The notes beneath the pieces were generated by a model, which saw nothing but the letters and a program-made list of their open reading frames with translations, was not told the origin of the DNA and ran no database searches. Both the position numbers and the translations under genes were made by a program. A stretch of 64,000 bases of DNA from Giardia intestinalis (taxonomy: Eukaryota), in the NCBI GenBank assembly GCA_000002435.2, contig CM018791.1; one strand, 5' to 3'. Position 1 is the first letter of the stretch; each line of letters opens with the position of its first letter. Positions 52,434 through 62,913 of this stretch are shown here, piece after piece.

Positions 52434-55314
52434 GGACTGGAGAACCCGGCTTGCTTGACGATTGTCGAAGAGTGGCCGGCAGGAACAGCCGATGGTTGGA
52501 TCCCTGATCAGTGACGAGACAGTTATATCTAGAGCGTGTAGCATGCTCAACCACGGCACAGCGCAGGGCCCACCAGACACAGGCTACGACGGTCTGGATG
52601 TCGCGCAACCCGCATTCTGCGCATTGCTGAAGAGACCACACACAGCAGACGAAGGCAGGGCTCTCCCATGTGCCCAGACGACTCGAACACCGCGGTCTGG
52701 GCCAACGATCTACCAGACAGGCCCGTCCGGTAACAGGCGACTGAATGCTCTCTGGGCCGTGAGCTAAAGCTGATGTGCAGCTGGCCGGCCACGACATTCA
52801 CCCTGGCTGGCCCTCTGTCTTCACGCGCCGACACGCCAAGGAGCTGTAGGGAAGTCGTGTGCTGTCTTGGCAGGTATATTATTACCTCCATGTATGCACC
52901 CTGGATGCGGCCACCATAGCACAGCTGCATCTCTGATCGTCCTGTACACGCCTCCTGGCACGAGTAGGTGCGCAGGAGGGGGTGCACTGCCCACCGCCGA
53001 GAAATGGATGAGCTCCCCTGCTCAGGAGCCGACGACCGCCAGCCATGCCCAACGAGGTCCCCTGCAAGGAGGCCTGCTGAGCCAGCTCTTCCAGCGAGCC
53101 GTGTATCTGGAAGAGCTCCGCGTTGAATGGCTCCTTGATTAAGGAAGCCGGAGTCCAGCGCGATGTGACGCCTGTCCGTCTAAGGCTGAGACTTCGGTCT
53201 GGTGCTTGCTGCTGAGCGAGCATTAAATGAGGCTGGCCAAAGAAGCGGCTCAGGGCTTTCATAGCTCTGTGTCTTCTTGTTCTGTTCGACTGAAACACCT
53301 GATCTCAGTGCTGACTGTTGGGTCTCCTCCTGTGGACGTGGTCCGGAAGTCTCACAGAGGACCTGTTTTTTTGTAATTTCTTCTAAGACGAAGGTAAGTC
53401 GTTCTATAGGATTAGGACTACATCTGTAGAAGCACAGCCCCGGTTAAAGCAGTAACATACAATTCGCAGATGCGTAGAATGCTTGCAGGAGAAAGCAGTA
53501 AGGAAAGATATCTCGATCATGACATAGACGTGAGACAGCACCACAGGCTGCCCAAGCAACCGGTCTGGATACGAGGTGCGGCATGATTACCCTTATCTAT
53601 CCTTTGCCAGGTGAGGGAATTCGACATAGAGCCTAGTCACCCTAACGGTCAGAACCAAAGGCAAAAGCTAGACCTGTGGTGTGTTGGCAAGTGATGGACA
53701 CAAGGGCATCCCTGGATGGACTGTTGCATGAGAGGGCGAAGGCCCATAGAGATGGGTTGCTCTCAGCACCTGCAGTGGGCAGCTTGCTCCGCGGCCAACA
53801 AGTTGTTGGGTCAGAAACAAGCACGGACGATGCCTGTCAGATGGGTCCGAGCCAGTCACCCGATGCCCCCTACGGGCCTCGTCCAACCGACACTCTTGAT
53901 TCTTGTCGAATAGCTCAGACAGACTGGGGAGAGGAAGGACTACCAGTCACCAGAGCTTGCTGCAGTGGGAGAGCCGGGCTTGGCTCGTCCCCGTCTTCAC
54001 ACAAGAGCGGGGAAGTGGGTTTACTTGCGGGACCCTTGGGCCGCGGCTGCAGGGGGGCTCAGTACTAGAGCGCTAGAAATAGCTGGCTGTCGAAGTAAAT
54101 CGTCGCTTTCCGGGGATGACATCTTCCTCGACCAGGGCAGCAGAAGAGACCCTCAATGCATCTGCCGGTGCTGGGGTGCGTCCTACCCGTCAGCGGGGCT
54201 TCATGGCTCCACTGGAAAGCCCAATCGTCCGCTTCTTGCTGTGCTCAGAGGACAGAGAACTAGGCAGGCGTAGTCCCATCCGCCCACCGGAGGGCTATGA
54301 GCGCCCCCGTCGTCCCATTGAGCAGCACCAGGCGCAGAAGAGGTCTGCCGGAAATGCGCCAGATGCAGTCAACGCTTTTCTGGGTGTAGTGTTAACAGAA
54401 TCACACGCTACGACGCGTCCCAGACAGGCTCCACCTGGCAGCGGCGCCCCAGAGGCGGGCCCCGAGGGACAAAACATTTCTGGCCCTGCCCCTGCTCCAA
54501 TGCGAGCGGCCCGCGGACAGAGCCGAGGACGGGGGCCAGTGCTCGGCCTCCTGCTGGTGCGGTGGCGCCGGGAGACCACCGGACCATCGACTCGGCAGCG
54601 GCAACCGGTGGAACGCCCTGGGCTGCTGCTGTGCCCATGCGCCTGGAGCGCGCCGCAGCAGCCCGGGATGGGTCCGCAGACAGGCGTGCCGCCCCAGCCG
54701 TCCCGGGGGCCGGCTCCTCGTGGCGGGCGCTCCTGCTCCCTTTGACTTTTCAAATGGAGAACGCAGTTATGGATCCTAGTTCTGCTGCAGAAGGTGCCTT
54801 ATGAGACGCAGCACAGCCACACCAAGCGGTATCGGGGCTGAACACTCCTTGGGACGGGCTCCTGGCGCATCTGAGAGACGCTCGTTGCTGTGCACTGCCT
54901 CTCGGGCCTTGGATGCACGTTGTGCAGAGCTGCAGGAGTCGCCCTTGCAGTTGTCAGTGGGCCGTTGATGGAGCCATTGAAAGCTCTGGACCGCTACTGG
55001 GCAGTACTGTCCCAGTGCACGTGTGGCAGCTTTGGCTCGCACTGGATGGTCCGTACAGATTGCAACGGAGCCACGAGGTGCATTAGTATGACATACACAT
55101 TGAGACAGTTGCAGTTCTATTCGGTCCAATCCACCTCCTTCTGGCCCTGTGCCGAGATTGCAGATTGCAAGTAGTGTTCGCGATAGACCCGGTGAGTGTT
55201 GATTCCATCAGCGCCTGTGGTCAACGTGTGCCAGAAGGATCAATCAACTGCATCAATCGACGCGGATTGACTGATGTACCGCGAGTATGTTCCTACCAAT
55301 CTATCAATCGGGCA

Positions 55315-57534
55315 ATGTTTGGCAGTTTTGTTCTCGCGGGGGTACTCGTCCAGATTGCATGGGCAGGAAAAGCAACAGAGCGCGCGCAAGAAGCTCAATG
55401 CGCAGATAACACTAATTGCGCAGCAGAAGCATGCAACGTTCTGATCGGTGGTAAATTGTATTGCTCTCGATGTAACACAGGATTTGTTCCTATCAATGGA
55501 CAATGTGCAGACAAAGAAGGTGCAACAGATAAGTGCAAAGATGGCTCCGGAGGCGATACAGCTGATCAGACCTGTGGACAGTGCGCCGAGCAGACTTTCA
55601 TGTACAAGGGCGGCTGTTACGAAGCAGCCCAGCAGCCCGGACAGACCATGTGTCAGGCGGCAGATGCTGGAGTATGCACACAAGCCGCGCAAGGATACTT
55701 CGTGCCGCCGGGCGCAGACGCCTCTCACCAATCGGTTATACCATGTGGAGACGAAGAGGAAATAACGGTTAAAAACGATAAAAAGTACAAGGGCGTGCTG
55801 CACTGCACTCGGTGTAACGCTCCCACAGAAGCAGCAGATGCTAACGCCAAGGCCGCCACATGCACTGCGTGCCAGGCAGATAGGTATCTGAAGACAGCCA
55901 AGGACCAAGCCACCTCCTGCGTGACAGAGCAAGAGTGCACCGGCACCGAAGGGTTCTTCGCGAAAAATGGCGGCACCAAAACCTGTGAGGCGTGCGCTGA
56001 AACATGCAAGACCTGTAAGACCGAGGCTGCGAAGTGCACCTCTTGCAAGGACGACAAGCCGTACCTGAAGAAGGATAATGGCAGCGACACTGGCACGTGC
56101 GTCACCGAAGCTGAGTGCAAGACTGGAAACACCCACTACCCCGACGACACTGAGCCGAAGACGTGCAAGACGTGCGCCGAGGGGACCTCCGACGGGTGTG
56201 CGACGTGCGAGAAGGGCGCCGATGGAGCAGTCGCCTGCAAGACGTGCGGAAACCAGAAGAAGGTCCAGCCAAACAAGAAGGGGTGCGTTGAGAACTGCCC
56301 CTCGAACTCCAACGATAAGAAGACCCCTGGCACCTGTGAGTGCGTTGAGGGCTACGTTCCCGAGGAGGCCGGCACCGGGTGCACGAAGAAGCCCGACCCC
56401 CCTGCGGCGCCGTGCAACACCCCCGGCTGCAAGACGTGCAGTGAGCCGAAGACAAGCAAGGAGGTGTGCACAGAGTGCGAAGACCCCAAGGCCCTCACGC
56501 CCACGGGCCAGTGCATCTACGGTTGTGAGCACCTGGAAGGCTACTACGAGGGCACCAGCGAGGGGGGCAAGAAGGCCTGCAAGAAGTGCGAGGTCGAGAA
56601 CTGCCTCCTGTGCAACGAAAACGGACAGTGCGAGACCTGCAAGGACGGATACTACAAGAAAGAAACCGCCTGTGCCAAGTGCGATACCTCGTGCAAGACG
56701 TGCGCGAACGGGGAGCCCAACGGGTGCACGAGCTGCGAGGCTAAGAAGGCCCTCAGCTACGAAGGAGAGGGCAACACGGGGACGTGCAAATCAGAATGCA
56801 AACCGGGTACTAACAACTGCGAGAAGTGCGAGCTGACAGTCGATGGCACGGCCTACTGCTCCAAGTGCAAGGACGCCAACCAGTTCCCGCAGAACGGAGT
56901 CTGCTCGGCGGCGGCCGGAAAGGCTATTACGTGCACTACCAAAGGGACTGGTGTCTGTGACAAATGCGCCAACGGGCTTCTTCGGATGAACGGAGGCTGC
57001 TATGAGACGACCAAGTTCCCTGGAAAGAGCGTCTGTGAGGAAGCAGCATCGGCTGGGGATACCTGCCAAGTAGAGGCTCCAGGCTATCATCTTAATAACA
57101 ATGACCTTGTGACTTGCTCGGCCGGATGTAAGACGTGCACTAGTAACACCGTGTGTACTGAATGCATGGATGGGTATGCAAAGACTGATAATAAGTGCAC
57201 AAAGTGTGCCACTGGCTGTGCTACTTGTGCAGGATCCGCCTCAAATTGCGACACTTGCAGCACTGGGTACTACAAGTATAAGAACGCCTGTGTGTCTTGC
57301 ACGGAAAGCAACAGTGATAAGACTATCACCGGCGTCGCCAACTGCGCCAACTGCGCTCCTCCACTCAACAATAAAGGGTCTGTCCTCTGCTACCTCGTGC
57401 AGAGTGGCGAGAACACTAACAAAAGTGGTCTCAGCGCAGGCGCCATCGCGGGCATCGCTGTTGCTGTCATCATTGTTGTCGGCGGCCTCGTCGGTTTCCT
57501 TTGCTGGTGGTTTATGTGCAGAGGCAAGGCGTAG
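55315..57534 (+). CDS. Variant-specific surface protein (VSP), complete
   Basis: Signal peptide MFGSFVLAGVLVQIAWA. More than 40 CXXC motifs. GGCY motifs (YKGGCYEA, MNGGCYETT). A C-terminal transmembrane helix followed by the invariant CRGKA tail (...FLCWWFMCRGKA*). The track start 55165 is TTG, and the first ATG in frame before the signal peptide is 55315. Confidence 0.9.
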   Translation: MFGSFVLAGVLVQIAWAGKATERAQEAQCADNTNCAAEACNVLIGGKLYCSRCNTGFVPINGQCADKEGATDKCKDGSGGDTADQTCGQCAEQTFMYKGGCYEAAQQPGQTMCQAADAGVCTQAAQGYFVPPGADASHQSVIPCGDEEEITVKNDKKYKGVLHCTRCNAPTEAADANAKAATCTACQADRYLKTAKDQATSCVTEQECTGTEGFFAKNGGTKTCEACAETCKTCKTEAAKCTSCKDDKPYLKKDNGSDTGTCVTEAECKTGNTHYPDDTEPKTCKTCAEGTSDGCATCEKGADGAVACKTCGNQKKVQPNKKGCVENCPSNSNDKKTPGTCECVEGYVPEEAGTGCTKKPDPPAAPCNTPGCKTCSEPKTSKEVCTECEDPKALTPTGQCIYGCEHLEGYYEGTSEGGKKACKKCEVENCLLCNENGQCETCKDGYYKKETACAKCDTSCKTCANGEPNGCTSCEAKKALSYEGEGNTGTCKSECKPGTNNCEKCELTVDGTAYCSKCKDANQFPQNGVCSAAAGKAITCTTKGTGVCDKCANGLLRMNGGCYETTKFPGKSVCEEAASAGDTCQVEAPGYHLNNNDLVTCSAGCKTCTSNTVCTECMDGYAKTDNKCTKCATGCATCAGSASNCDTCSTGYYKYKNACVSCTESNSDKTITGVANCANCAPPLNNKGSVLCYLVQSGENTNKSGLSAGAIAGIAVAVIIVVGGLVGFLCWWFMCRGKA

Positions 57535-57542
57535 ACTTAGAT

Positions 57543-57549
57543 AGTAAAT
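57543..57549 (+). terminator. Giardia poly(A) signal AGTAAAT downstream of the VSP stop
   Basis: tag acttag at AGTAAAT g sits 9-15 nt after the TAG at 57532-57534 and matches AGTRAAY. Confidence 0.45.
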
Positions 57550-58324
57550 GCGTCGATTCGCCTTCTTAAGGCGTGGAACTCTCGTTACGTCCACACTGCA
57601 AATGTGCTTGACGATTTCTAACATCTGGATTTTGTATAGCAGTCTGGAGTCGTGTGTGTGACTTTACTTTTATTCCACACTTCCAATAGTTTGCCACTGG
57701 ACTTCGCCTGCAAATGCAGCCTAGGAGTGCATGAATAAATAAACTTACATGTCTTCTTGGTAGAGCAAAGCAGACCCCTACTTGAGGACTTGGACCCGCT
57801 ACTCTATGCTTGTATCTGACGTAGTCGCACTTAGCCAAGGTGCACACCCTACTATCACTCGATAGCTCACCCTCTCGTTGTCTTAAAGGAGCAGCTCTTA
57901 GACTGCTGCCCAGTTGACTTTACCAAGTACTTGCTTATTTAAGCGAACTGTGAACGAACTTTCTGAATACCAGGTGAACCCTTATATCTAAAGACTACGA
58001 CACGTTCCTCATGTTCCAGTTCTACTGTAGTGACCTGTGAGGATGGTTGTATCCAATCTCAGTCCTCCAGCATATAGAGTATACACTAGTAACCATTTGT
58101 ACTTCATAACCTGTCTTTGTCTTCGAACGTGACTGAGCGACCGGATTATTCGCATGGGTTTAGCCCATATCTAAATAAGATCGAGAAGAGGCCACAAGAA
58201 TACTTTCTATAGCAAAGCTGGAGCTGCTAGCTACATATGCAACAGTTAGCCCCGCACCAGCAATCGATGCAACGGGGATGTGTGCCCACCCGAGCAGTAC
58301 ACAGCTGGCTACCCGTAATTATGC

Positions 58325-61300
58325 TCTCCATTTGAAAAGTCAAAGGGAGCAGGAGCGCCCGCCACGAGGAGCCGGCCCCCGGGACGGCTGGGGCGGCACG
58401 CCTGTCTGCGGACCCATCCCGGGCTGCTGCGGCGCGCTCCAGGCGCATGGGCACAGCAGCAGCCCAGGGCGTTCCACCGGTTGCCGCTGCCGAGTCGATG
58501 GTCCGGTGGTCTCCCGGCGCCACCGCACCAGCAGGAGGCCGAGCACTGGCCCCCGTCCTCGGCTCTGTCCGCGGGCCGCTCGCATTGGAGCAGGGGCAGG
58601 GCCAGAAATGTTTTGTCCCTCGGGGCCCGCCTCTGGGGCGCCGCTGCCAGGTGGAGCCTGTCTGGGACGCGTCGTAGCGTGTGATTCTGTTAACACTACA
58701 CCCAGAAAAGCGTTGACTGCATCTGGCGCATTTCCGGCAGACCTCTTCTGCGCCTGGTGCTGCTCAATGGGACGACGGGGGCGCTCATAGCCCTCCGGTG
58801 GGCGGATGGGACTACGCCTGCCTAGTTCTCTGTCCTCTGAGCACAGCAAGAAGCGGACGATTGGGCTTTCCAGTGGAGCCATGAAGCCCCGCTGACGGGT
58901 AGGACGCACCCCAGCACCGGCAGATGCATTGAGGGTCTCTTCTGCTGCCCTGGTCGAGGAAGATGTCATCCCCGGAAAGCGACGATTTACTTCGACAGCC
59001 AGCTATTTCTAGCGCTCTAGTACTGAGCCCCCCTGCAGCCGCGGCCCAAGGGTCCCGCAAGTAAACCCACTTCCCCGCTCTTGTGTGAAGACGGGGACGA
59101 GCCAAGCCCGGCTCTCCCACTGCAGCAAGCTCTGGTGACTGGTAGTCCTTCCTCTCCCCAGTCTGTCTGAGCTATTCGACAAGAATCAAGAGTGTCGGTT
59201 GGACGAGGCCCGTAGGGGGCATCGGGTGACTGGCTCGGACCCATCTGACAGGCATCGTCCGTGCTTGTTTCTGACCCAACAACTTGTTGGCCGCGGAGCA
59301 AGCTGCCCACTGCAGGTGCTGAGAGCAACCCATCTCTATGGGCCTTCGCCCTCTCATGCAACAGTCCATCCAGGGATGCCCTTGTGTCCATCACTTGCCA
59401 ACACACCACAGATCTAGCTTTTGCCTTTGGTTCTGACCGTTAGGGTGACTAGGCTCTATGTCGAATTCCCTCACCTGGCAAAGGATAGATAAGGGTAATC
59501 ATGCCGCACCTCGTATCCAGACCGGTTGCTTGGGCAGCCTGTGGTGCTGTCTCACGTCTATGTCATGATCGAGATATCTTTCCTTACTGCTTTCTCCTGC
59601 AAGCATTCTACGCATCTGCGAATTGTATGTTACTGCTTTAACCGGGGCTGTGCTTCTACAGATGTAGTCCTAATCCTATAGAACGACTTACCTTCGTCTT
59701 AGAAGAAATTACAAAAAAACAGGTCCTCTGTGAGACTTCCGGACCACGTCCACAGGAGGAGACCCAACAGTCAGCACTGAGATCAGGTGTTTCAGTCGAA
59801 CAGAACAAGAAGACACAGAGCTATGAAAGCCCTGAGCCGCTTCTTTGGCCAGCCTCATTTAATGCTCGCTCAGCAGCAAGCACCAGACCGAAGTCTCAGC
59901 CTTAGACGGACAGGCGTCACATCGCGCTGGACTCCGGCTTCCTTAATCAAGGAGCCATTCAACGCGGAGCTCTTCCAGATACACGGCTCGCTGGAAGAGC
60001 TGGCTCAGCAGGCCTCCTTGCAGGGGACCTCGTTGGGCATGGCTGGCGGTCGTCGGCTCCTGAGCAGGGGAGCTCATCCATTTCTCGGCGGTGGGCAGTG
60101 CACCCCCTCCTGCGCACCTACTCGTGCCAGGAGGCGTGTACAGGACGATCAGAGATGCAGCTGTGCTATGGTGGCCGCATCCAGGGTGCATACATGGAGG
60201 TAATAATATACCTGCCAAGACAGCACACGACTTCCCTACAGCTCCTTGGCGTGTCGGCGCGTGAAGACAGAGGGCCAGCCAGGGTGAATGTCGTGGCCGG
60301 CCAGCTGCACATCAGCTTTAGCTCACGGCCCAGAGAGCATTCAGTCGCCTGTTACCGGACGGGCCTGTCTGGTAGATCGTTGGCCCAGACCGCGGTGTTC
60401 GAGTCGTCTGGGCACATGGGAGAGCCCTGCCTTCGTCTGCTGTGTGTGGTCTCTTCAGCAATGCGCAGAATGCGGGTTGCGCGACATCCAGACCGTCGTA
60501 GCCTGTGTCTGGTGGGCCCTGCGCTGTGCCGTGGTTGAGCATGCTACACGCTCTAGATATAACTGTCTCGTCACTGATCAGGGATCCAACCATCGGCTGT
60601 TCCTGCCGGCCACTCTTCGACAATCGTCAAGCAAGCCGGGTTCTCCAGTCCTCAACCCTTACTGGGGCTCGCATCAGCGCACCCAGGGACGCCCCCGTAG
60701 CCCGCAGGGGGGAAGCATGGCACGCACGCGAAGGCAACGGGCGGCCCAAGGAGGCCCTGGCCCGTCTGGAGCGGGAGGACGCCGGGCCCAGGAACGACCC
60801 CGGGTGGGAGGGCGAGGACGAGGCACCCCGGCGCGTGCGGGGGCAGAAGCGCAGAGACCGCGCCCGGGACCACAAAGACCGGCCCCCCGACGGGCGGCAC
60901 CAGCGGAGGCGCGGCGCAACCAAAAACGCAGGGGGGCGGGGGAGTGGCCGCCACAGGAGATGCCTCCTCCTCCTGCCTGGCCGCCCTCGGGCCGTATGTG
61001 CGGCGCGGCAGCACCACCCCGTGCTCCTCCAGGGCGGCGCGGACGTCCTGGGTGCGGAGCGCGTTGTTGTACGTCATCCGCAGCTCCTGGCGCGGATACT
61101 TCGCCCCGAAGCGCTCGTGGACCCTGCGGTAGAAGTCCGGGCCCAGGACGCTCCGGTCCCTGACCCCGGCGATGATCATCGCCTTGATGGCCCTGCGGTC
61201 CTCGCCGGTCATCTTCACGTTGAGGATGCTCCGCGAGTGCGTCTCGCGGTACCAGTGGTAGATCCTGCTCCGGTCCTCGGACAGGGCGCGGGCGATCTTC

Positions 61301-62224
61301 TTCCAGTCGATGGCCGTCCGGAGCACGTGCCGGTGGAGGAGCAGCGGCCGCCGCGCGAGGCTCTCGGCCGTCTCTCCCAGCCGCCGGGCAGCGACGACCT
61401 GCTTCGCGAGCTCGAGCAGAACGGAGGCGCGCGTCTCCGCCGTCATTGCCCCAGAGCCCATCCGATAGAAGCAGCGATAAAACTAAAAACAGACCAACGA
61501 ATAATGTGAAATTAAATATGTACAGGCCTTGCATAAAAGCTTTAGCGGGTGTTTGTTGCCTGCCTGCCCCGGTCCGTCGGGCGAGCAGGGCGCCCTCACC
61601 CGGGCCATCGCCGCAGTACGAGCTGGCTTGGGCCGCCACACAGAACAGACTGCTTTGCACACGGCGGCGCCGGGGCTGATGTATTGATCGGAGTTTTTTG
61701 GTATTGCCGGGGACCCCTGCCCTCGGCCGCCAGGGAGAGCCGCACCCTGCGCAGCCCCGGTTTGTCTACAGATACCCGGAGCTCTGCGGAGGCGGGCAGG
61801 CTGGGGCCGTCCCCCTCGTTCGGGGCATCGCCGACGACGAGCTGCTGCCTGCGGCCCGCGGGGTCTTCCGCTCTGAGAGGGGTCGCCGAGTGTCGGGGGC
61901 CGCAGTGCTCTGCAAGGCTTGCACACGACCAGGGGCTGCCCAGTTTTTTGAGCAGCTGGCTCTGGCGCGGATTCTACGGACGCCTGCTGCCGGCCCGGTC
62001 TACAGGGGCGCCCGCGTGTCTACTGTGGCCTGGCTTGCGTGCCTGCACGTCCTCCTGCGGTGGTTCCCCCCGTGGCGCAGAAAGCCCCGCCTGTCCCCTC
62101 CCACCGGGTTCTCCCGACGTGCTCTTTGTCGCTCCCAGCCGAGTTTCTAACGGATAAAGAAGCGGCATGGCCAAACCAGTCGCCAGATTGCAGTGTGCTC
62201 TGCAGCCGGGGATCTTGCTGGCAT
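58325..62224. repeat. Right arm (3,900 bp) of the inverted repeat, the mirror of 50861-54760
   Basis: The coordinate mapping is x maps to 113085 minus x. The only difference I found inside the arms is left 53673 C versus the complement of right 59412 A. A short mismatch patch lies at the outer ends (left 50874-50883). Confidence 0.9.
60652..61461 (-). CDS. Second, identical copy of the arm-encoded putative HTH/Myb-like protein
   Basis: Its translation is identical to that of 51624-52433. The mirrored AT-island lies upstream at 61462-61544. Confidence 0.35.
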   Translation of the reverse strand: MGSGAMTAETRASVLLELAKQVVAARRLGETAESLARRPLLLHRHVLRTAIDWKKIARALSEDRSRIYHWYRETHSRSILNVKMTGEDRRAIKAMIIAGVRDRSVLGPDFYRRVHERFGAKYPRQELRMTYNNALRTQDVRAALEEHGVVLPRRTYGPRAARQEEEASPVAATPPPPCVFGCAAPPLVPPVGGPVFVVPGAVSALLPPHAPGCLVLALPPGVVPGPGVLPLQTGQGLLGPPVAFACVPCFPPAGYGGVPGCADASPSKG

Positions 62225-62913
62225 CTCACGCGACCGGGCTCTGGGTGTGCCTGCTCAACAGTAGCTACCTCATCCACAGAGTGCTGATGCAGATATTATG
62301 CGCTACGTATCAGTGACCACAGGGGCACCGATAGACAGGGTCTCAGCCTCAGTGCACAACGAAGGTTATCAAGCATAGCGAGGCTTACATACTGAGCATG
62401 GGTCCGTGCCCCGCGTGGTCTTCTTAAGAACTAGTGCATGAGTGTTTGTGAGACGATGCTATCCGTATGAGGCGGGCTATCCGTCGTACGCGAAGTGCAG
62501 TACGGCAGAAGTGGGTGATGCAGGAACCAGAGGGGGTGCTTCAGCACATCAGTCGTCGGCCCCTCTGCCTTCTGTCACGCCTGATGGACTCTCCTCTACT
62601 ATCGCAACTCAGTCGTGGTTGTCTGAGGAGAGGACTAGGTATTCAGTAGACAATGGAATCGCGTGGCCTGGACGCGATTTCGTGATGGCCAACACGGGTT
62701 ATCAGGCTGGCTGTGGTCTGGATATGTGGTACAGCTTCCTTCACTCAAGCAGGGGTTAACACCTGCACTAATACAGATCTACAATAAGACATACACCATG
62801 CCCAGTACAGTTGAAAGATAAAACAGAAAGATATTATATTAAACGATAGTTATATTTGCCGTCAATTGTTATTAATAGAGCTAACACCCCTGGTCAAAAA
62901 AACGTTCGCTGTG

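Larger units (their letters stand above)
50861..54760. repeat. Left arm (3,900 bp) of a near-perfect large inverted repeat. It is GC-rich.
   Basis: Every ORF in this arm has an identical-translation mirror ORF in 58325-62224 on the opposite strand (for example 51624-52433+ matches 60652-61461-, and 51576-52580- matches 60505-61509+). The DNA ends were checked by eye. The outer end begins atgccagcaagat at 50861 and the inner end is ...caaatggaga at 54760. Confidence 0.9.

Noticed and set aside
51425-52797. Long overlapping ORFs on both strands inside the GC-rich arms (51425-52411+, 51576-52580-, 51922-52797-, 50928-51536-, 54116-54745+ and their mirrors at 58340-62157)
   Set aside because: They are low-complexity Pro/Arg/Gly/Ala translations. 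Several start on GTG or TTG and overlap one another in all frames. This is the expected by-product of stop-codon depletion in very GC-rich DNA. Only the ATG-initiated ORF behind the AT-rich island was kept, and at low confidence.
55165-55314. A 50-codon N-terminal extension of the VSP (MQVVFAIDP...) and similar extensions at 12541, 17799, 32783, 35072, 38968 and 62866
   Set aside because: The first codon in each case is TTG, GTG or CTG, as confirmed in the sequence. Giardia uses ATG with very short leaders. Each gene was re-anchored to the first in-frame ATG, which in the VSP is exactly where the signal peptide begins.
50861-62224. The possibility that the GC-rich arms are Giardia rDNA fragments, since the rDNA is the well-known GC-rich repeat of this genome
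   Set aside because: I looked for universally conserved rRNA motifs (the SSU 530-loop GTGCCAGCAGCCGCGGTAA, the SSU 5' end CATCCGGTCGATCCTGCC, the 3' end GTAGGTGAACCTGC and 5.8S-like blocks) and found none. The composition is GC-rich but not at the extreme rDNA level.
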